Positions 58,838 through 64,000 of a DNA stretch of 64,000 nucleotides are shown here, piece after piece (the stretch's first letter is position 1; each line of letters opens with the position of its first letter). A model generated the notes under the pieces. The model ran no database searches. It was not told the origin of the DNA and worked only from the letters and a program-made list of their open reading frames with translations. This stretch comes from Anaerolineae bacterium (GTDB taxonomy: Bacteria; Chloroflexota; Anaerolineae; UBA1429). Location: assembly GCA_963675785.1 (NCBI GenBank), contig OY776562.1:1568001-1632000 (forward strand), in the 5' to 3' direction. Made by a program: the position numbers and the translations under genes.

Positions 58838-60856
58838 ATGCAAAAGGTTACACGTCGTGAGTTTGTAAGGGTTGCAGCACTAACGGGCGCCGCCACTGTG
58901 GCAGCCGCCTGTGCGCAGCCCACTGCTACGCCTGCCCCTGAAGCTACCACCGCTCCTGCAGCAGAAGCCACCGCTGCTCCTTCAGTCGAAGCTACTGCTG
59001 CTCCCGCTGTATCTGTTTACGGCGAAGCCCCCATGTTGGCAGAGTTGGTCGCCACTGGTGATCTGCCTCCTGTTGAAGAGCGCATCCCAGAAAGCCCCGA
59101 TGTCATGCCGGTTCCCGAAATGGTCGGCAACTATGGCGGCACCATCCGCCGCGGTTTCAAGGGTGTCTCGGATGCCAACGGCCCCAGCAAACTGGTTACC
59201 AACAACCTCACCTGGTACAACTTGGATCTTAGTGTACGCCCCAGCCTGGCAGAGTCATGGGAGATCAACGATGACGCCAGCGAATGGACTTTTTATCTAC
59301 GCAAAGGCACCAAGTGGTCTGATGGTACCGATTTTACCAGCGCGGATTTCATCTGGTACTGGCAATATCATCTCCAGAACAAGGATATAACTGCTAGCCC
59401 GCCAAGCCAGTTCTCCACCGGTACCCCGCTAGAGCTCAGCACCTGGTCAGCTCCTGATGATTATACCGTCGTCTTTACCTTCACGACGCCGTATCCGCTT
59501 TTCCACTATAAAGTTATTGGTCATCAGAACTGGCCCTTCCGCCCCAGCGAATACATGAAGCAGTTCCACATCGACTTTACGGACGAAGCCACACTGACCG
59601 CCATGGCCACCGAGTCGGGGCAGGATACGTGGTACGCCCTGTACGACTATCATGATGACTGGTACATGGACGCCGCCCGTCCGACGATTAACCCTTGGCT
59701 GCCGACAAACACTCTAGATAACGAGTTGTTCATCGTCGAGCGCAACCCGTATTTTTGGCAGGTTGACCCCGAAGGCAATCAGCTGCCCTATGTTGACAAA
59801 GTAACTCACCGCCTGTTTGAAACACCTGACGTGTTTAACATGTGGATCGTCAACGGCGAGATCGACTTTCAGTATCGACACGTCGATAAGGGTAACTTTA
59901 CGCTCTTTAAGGAAAGTGAAGAATCGGGCGATTACACCGTTTCTATCGGCACAAGCGCCAATCACTTTGTCTTCACACCTAATCTTGCCTCTCAGGATGA
60001 GCGCTTTAACGAGTTCTTTGGCAACGTTGACGTCCGTAAGGCACTATCTGTGGCCGTGAACCGCGATGAGATCAATGAGCTAGCCTACAACGGCCTGGGA
60101 ACGCCTCGTCAGTACAGCCCGCTGAGCACATCACCACAGGCATACCCTGAAATGTCTGATAATTTGATCGAGTACGATCCCGAGATGGCTGCAAGCCTGC
60201 TGGATGGCGCTGGTTACGATGCCAAGGACGCTGAAGGCTACCGCGTCTTTGCCGATGGTTCCAATGAGACCATCTCGATCACCATTGAGAGCACCTTTGA
60301 AGCCGGTTCGCCGGATGAAGATGCTGTCCTCATGATGATCAAATACTTTGGTGAAGTAGGCCTCAAGGCTCAGTACAAGTACGTCGAGCGCTCGCTCTAT
60401 ACCGAGCACTATGAATCTAATCAGGTTGGTGCCACCTCCTGGGGTGGAGACCGTACGGTTATGCCCATCGTTACACCGACCATCTTTGATGGTTCGACGG
60501 TTGACCGTCCTTGGGCCGGTGCCTGGGGCCTGTGGCGTCTCAATCATAACGATCCCAATGGTGAAGAGCCCCCTGCGGATCATTGGATCTGGACCATCTG
60601 GAATGCCGTCGATGAGATTGCAATCGAGCCTGATGAAGAAACGCGCAATGATCTGTTCAAAACTGGCGTCTTGGACGTTTGGAAGGAACAGTTGCCCATG
60701 ATTGGTTACCTGGGCGAATTCCCGGCGTTGACCATCATCAAGAACAGCCTGCACAACTATCTGCCCGGCTTCCCAAATGACGATATCGTCAAGGATGAGC
60801 ATCTGCAGGGCCCCCAGACTCTCTTCTGGGACAACCCCGAAGAGCATACTTCCTGA
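58838..60856 (+). CDS. family 5 ABC substrate-binding lipoprotein (Tat), copy 7
   Basis: MQKVTRREF, lipobox AAC, family motifs. Confidence 0.93.
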   Translation: MQKVTRREFVRVAALTGAATVAAACAQPTATPAPEATTAPAAEATAAPSVEATAAPAVSVYGEAPMLAELVATGDLPPVEERIPESPDVMPVPEMVGNYGGTIRRGFKGVSDANGPSKLVTNNLTWYNLDLSVRPSLAESWEINDDASEWTFYLRKGTKWSDGTDFTSADFIWYWQYHLQNKDITASPPSQFSTGTPLELSTWSAPDDYTVVFTFTTPYPLFHYKVIGHQNWPFRPSEYMKQFHIDFTDEATLTAMATESGQDTWYALYDYHDDWYMDAARPTINPWLPTNTLDNELFIVERNPYFWQVDPEGNQLPYVDKVTHRLFETPDVFNMWIVNGEIDFQYRHVDKGNFTLFKESEESGDYTVSIGTSANHFVFTPNLASQDERFNEFFGNVDVRKALSVAVNRDEINELAYNGLGTPRQYSPLSTSPQAYPEMSDNLIEYDPEMAASLLDGAGYDAKDAEGYRVFADGSNETISITIESTFEAGSPDEDAVLMMIKYFGEVGLKAQYKYVERSLYTEHYESNQVGATSWGGDRTVMPIVTPTIFDGSTVDRPWAGAWGLWRLNHNDPNGEEPPADHWIWTIWNAVDEIAIEPDEETRNDLFKTGVLDVWKEQLPMIGYLGEFPALTIIKNSLHNYLPGFPNDDIVKDEHLQGPQTLFWDNPEEHTS

Positions 60857-60884
60857 TCAAGCTGTATCTAGTGTTATAAAATGT

Positions 60885-60916
60885 AAGGGGACGACTTTTG
60901 TCGTCCCCTTGTTTTT
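60885..60916 (+). terminator. intrinsic terminator after copy 7
   Basis: AAGGGGACGAC-tttt-GTCGTCCCCTT followed by a T tract. Confidence 0.82.
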
Positions 60917-61060
60917 ATCTCTGAACAAACAGTAACCCGCATTCAGCGCTGGCATATAAAGAAAATGCCTATCAAAACATCCATCAACCTATATCATTGA
61001 TGCAAGAAAAGATGCAACTATGCGGATAGGTATTAAAAATATATTAAGCTAGCTAAACAA

Positions 61061-61195
61061 TTGACATCTAGGCCAGTGTACCTAGAATCGGCCTCATACA
61101 CGTGTGGCTGGCATCGGCATTTTGCCCGCCTGATAGTGACTGAATGATCTGTTCGGACAAGAGTTGATAGCCGGCCCAAGTTAGAGGAGATCAAG
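61061..61195 (+). promoter_or_regulatory. promoter plus type-B leader, copy 8
   Basis: TTGACA-N16-TAGAAT and the same leader blocks. Confidence 0.62.
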
Positions 61196-63232
61196 ATGCA
61201 AAAGGTTACACGTCGAGAGTTTGTAAGGGTTACGGCCCTGACGGCTGCCGCAACTGTGGCCGCCGCTTGTTCACAGGCTACCTCCACCCCCGCCCCCACC
61301 ACTGCAGCAGAAGCAACCGCCACAACGGCAACCGAAGCGACCGCCGCACCTGAAGCCACCACAGCCCCTGAGTCCACAACAGCCACATCCGTCTATAGCG
61401 AAGCGCCTTCCCTTGCCGAACTGGTCGCTTCTGGCGATCTTCCTTCTGTTGAGGAGCGCCTCCCCGAAAACCCAGATATTCAAGAGGTTCCCGATGCAAT
61501 CGGCGTCTATGGCGGAACCTGGCGCCGTGGCTTTAGCGGCGTCTCGGATGCCAACGGCCCTAGCAAGTTGAACAACAACAATCTCACCTGGTACGGCCTG
61601 GATTTGAGCGTGCGCGCCAGTTTGGCCGAGTCATGGAGCATCAACGACGACGCCAGTGAGTGGACCTTCAACCTGCGCAAAGGCACCAAGTGGTCCGATG
61701 GCAGCAATTTCACCAGTGCGGACTTTATCTGGTACTGGCAGTATCAACTCCAAAACACAGATCTGACTTCTACTCCGCCTAGCCAGTTCTCTACTGGCAG
61801 CCCACTTGTACTCAGCCAGTGGAGCGCTCCTGATGACTATACTGTCATCTTTACCTTCCAGGACCCCTACCCGCTCTTCCACTACAAGGTCATCGGTCAC
61901 CAGAATCAACCCTTCCGCCACGGCGACTATATGAGCAAATTCCACATCGACTTTACCGATGCGGATACACTGGCAGCCATGGCCACTGAGGCTGGTCAGG
62001 ATGGTTGGGCTTCTCTCTATGACTATCATGATGACTGGTATATGGATACCGAGCGTCCAACAATAAATCCTTGGATGCCAACCAACACCCTCGATAACGA
62101 GCTATTCATCCTGGAGCGCAACCCCTACTTTTGGCAGGTCGATGCCGAAGGCAATCAGCTGCCCTATATCGACAAAGTAACCCACCGTCTGTACGAAACA
62201 GCCGATGTATTCAACATGTGGATCGTCAATGGCGAAATTGACTGCCAGTCTCGAGGTGTTGATCTGGGCAACTATACTCTTTTCAAGGAAAGTGAAGAGT
62301 CGGGCGACTTTGCCGTCATGACAGGTGTTTCTGCTTCGCATTTCTGCTTTACGCCAAACAACGCTTGTGTCGATACTCGTCTCCGCGAGTTCCTCGGCGA
62401 CGTGAGCGTCCGCAAGGCTTTCTCCTTGGCTGCTAACCGCGATGAAATCAACGAACTGATCTACAACGGTATGGGGACTTCTCGCCAATACAGCCCACTG
62501 AGCATGTCGCCCAGTTTTTATGCTGACCAGGCCTATGCCTATATCGATTACGATCCCGATGAAGCTAGCACCCTCCTCGACGAGGCTGGCTATTCTGAGA
62601 AGGATGCCGAAGGCTACCGCACATACAAGGACGGCTCGGGAGAGACCATCTCTCTGACCATCGAGGGTACTGCCGAGACTGGTTCGACCGATGAGGACGG
62701 CATTCAATTACTCGTTAGCTACTTTGGCGAAGTAGGCATCAAGACCCAGTACAAGTACGTCGAGCGCTCGCTTTACACCGAGCACTATGAATCCAATCAG
62801 GTTGTTGCCACCTGTTGGGGTGGTGATCGCACGGTTATGCCCATCGTTACCCCCACCATCTTTGATGGCACAACCACCGACCGCCCATGGGCTGGCGCCT
62901 GGGGCCTATGGCGCAACGACACTGGCGACCCGAACGGCGAAGAACCTGCTGCGGATCACTGGATCTGGACGATCTGGAACGCCATCGACGCTATCGCTGT
63001 CGAGCCTGATGAGGATACCCGCAGTGAATTGTTCCAGACGGGTGTGTTGGATGTCTGGAAGGAACAACTGCCCATGATCGGCTACATCGGCGAACTGCCA
63101 GCGTTGACCATCGTCAAGAATGGTATGCGCAACTACCTTGCTGGCTATCCCAACGATGACATCACCAAGAGCGAGCACATTCTGCCCGCACAGACCCTCT
63201 TCTGGGAAGTTCCTGAAGATCATACCTCCTGA
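61196..63232 (+). CDS. family 5 ABC substrate-binding lipoprotein (Tat), copy 8
   Basis: MQKVTRREF and family motifs. Confidence 0.93.
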   Translation: MQKVTRREFVRVTALTAAATVAAACSQATSTPAPTTAAEATATTATEATAAPEATTAPESTTATSVYSEAPSLAELVASGDLPSVEERLPENPDIQEVPDAIGVYGGTWRRGFSGVSDANGPSKLNNNNLTWYGLDLSVRASLAESWSINDDASEWTFNLRKGTKWSDGSNFTSADFIWYWQYQLQNTDLTSTPPSQFSTGSPLVLSQWSAPDDYTVIFTFQDPYPLFHYKVIGHQNQPFRHGDYMSKFHIDFTDADTLAAMATEAGQDGWASLYDYHDDWYMDTERPTINPWMPTNTLDNELFILERNPYFWQVDAEGNQLPYIDKVTHRLYETADVFNMWIVNGEIDCQSRGVDLGNYTLFKESEESGDFAVMTGVSASHFCFTPNNACVDTRLREFLGDVSVRKAFSLAANRDEINELIYNGMGTSRQYSPLSMSPSFYADQAYAYIDYDPDEASTLLDEAGYSEKDAEGYRTYKDGSGETISLTIEGTAETGSTDEDGIQLLVSYFGEVGIKTQYKYVERSLYTEHYESNQVVATCWGGDRTVMPIVTPTIFDGTTTDRPWAGAWGLWRNDTGDPNGEEPAADHWIWTIWNAIDAIAVEPDEDTRSELFQTGVLDVWKEQLPMIGYIGELPALTIVKNGMRNYLAGYPNDDITKSEHILPAQTLFWEVPEDHTS

Positions 63233-63243
63233 TAGACGCAACA

Positions 63244-63278
63244 AAAAGAAGGGGCAGCGTTTTGCTGCCCCTTCTTTT
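63244..63278. terminator. bidirectional terminator after copy 8
   Basis: AAAAGAAGGGGCAGC..GCTGCCCCTTCTTTT. Confidence 0.85.
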
Positions 63279-63354
63279 CATCTTGCTCTCACACCCCACC
63301 ACAGACAAAGGCACTCCATGGAACGCTCCTTGTGATCAAATCATCAGCTTGGCT

Positions 63355-64000
63355 CTACCAGCGCAGCCCTCTTAGGTCCAGTGTGGCATCCTGAGAGGCG
63401 GTGACGATGGTCGTGCCATCAGGAGACCAAGTGACGGCCGTCACGGTATCGTCCTGAGCGATCTTTTGAGAAAGAAGTTTGCCAGCGGCAGCGTCCAGAA
63501 TGGCCACACTGGCGCTTACATCATTGGTTGAATAGAACTCGTTGGATGAATCCTCTGCCAAAAAGCCTCCCACTGTGCCCACGACAATCAGGCTGCCATC
63601 AGGAGAAAAGCCAACGGCCGAGATGCGCCCATACAGTGCCGTTTCGTTCAGAACCTGGAAGGTGCTGGCATCCAGACGGGTTACGAGCTGATCGCCACCT
63701 ACGGCCAGCACATCGGCATCAGGCGAAAAGGCCACTTGCGTGCCCGACACATCGAGGGAGCGAACGCTGCCATTCTGCAGAAGGTAGACGCCTCCATTTT
63801 CATCGGCACCCGCCAACAGCATATCACCAGTCGACACCTGCCCATAGGAAACAGAATCGACAGCCGCCTCGCCTGTGGCATATTCATAAAGCAGCGTGCC
63901 CTGAGAGAGATCTAGCTCTAAAGCACGCCCTCCTACACCCGCTGCCAGCCTCTGGCCGTCGGGAGATGCATCCAGCGCATAGACGTACTCACCAAGGCCC
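63355..64000 (-). CDS. WD40-repeat protein, 5' end outside window
   Basis: Frame open to the window edge; repeats ASPDGQRLA, FSPDADVLA, FSPDGSLIV, WSPDGTTIVTASQD. Confidence 0.85.
   Translation of the reverse strand, partial: GLGEYVYALDASPDGQRLAAGVGGRALELDLSQGTLLYEYATGEAAVDSVSYGQVSTGDMLLAGADENGGVYLLQNGSVRSLDVSGTQVAFSPDADVLAVGGDQLVTRLDASTFQVLNETALYGRISAVGFSPDGSLIVVGTVGGFLAEDSSNEFYSTNDVSASVAILDAAAGKLLSQKIAQDDTVTAVTWSPDGTTIVTASQDATLDLRGLRW

Noticed and set aside
41353-63232. Diversity-generating retroelement acting on the SBP paralogs
   Set aside because: No reverse transcriptase or template repeat; differences are spread over all bases and the whole gene length.

Overview
Bacterial chromosomal window of moderately high GC, most likely Chloroflexota (Anaerolineae-like). 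This taxon call is an inference from the Tat-exported lipoproteins with Pro/Thr/Ala tethers, an NBR1-Ig lipoprotein and a Gram-positive-type LexA box. Bases 1-18 kb hold mixed small operons (ABC exporter with PLDc_N and HTH genes, hydrolases, GNATs, lipoproteins). At 18.7-21.3 kb there is an isolated three-gene operon (small helical ORF, terminase-large-subunit-like protein, ECF-like sigma factor) behind a near-consensus sigma70 promoter with a LexA/SOS box, and no other phage genes. Bases 22.7-41 kb are mostly cytoplasmic glycan-catabolic enzymes, plus a small defence islet (DUF3578-HNH and a pseudogene) and a LacI regulator. Bases 41.3-63.3 kb are an array of eight paralogous family-5 ABC substrate-binding lipoproteins with no permease or ATPase genes. 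Each copy has its own promoter and terminator. Copies 1-4 carry a covarying two-hairpin 5' leader, copies 6-8 carry a second conserved leader, and the coding regions look mosaic. No rRNA, tRNA, CRISPR array or transposase was seen. All family calls come from reading motifs by eye, not from database searches.
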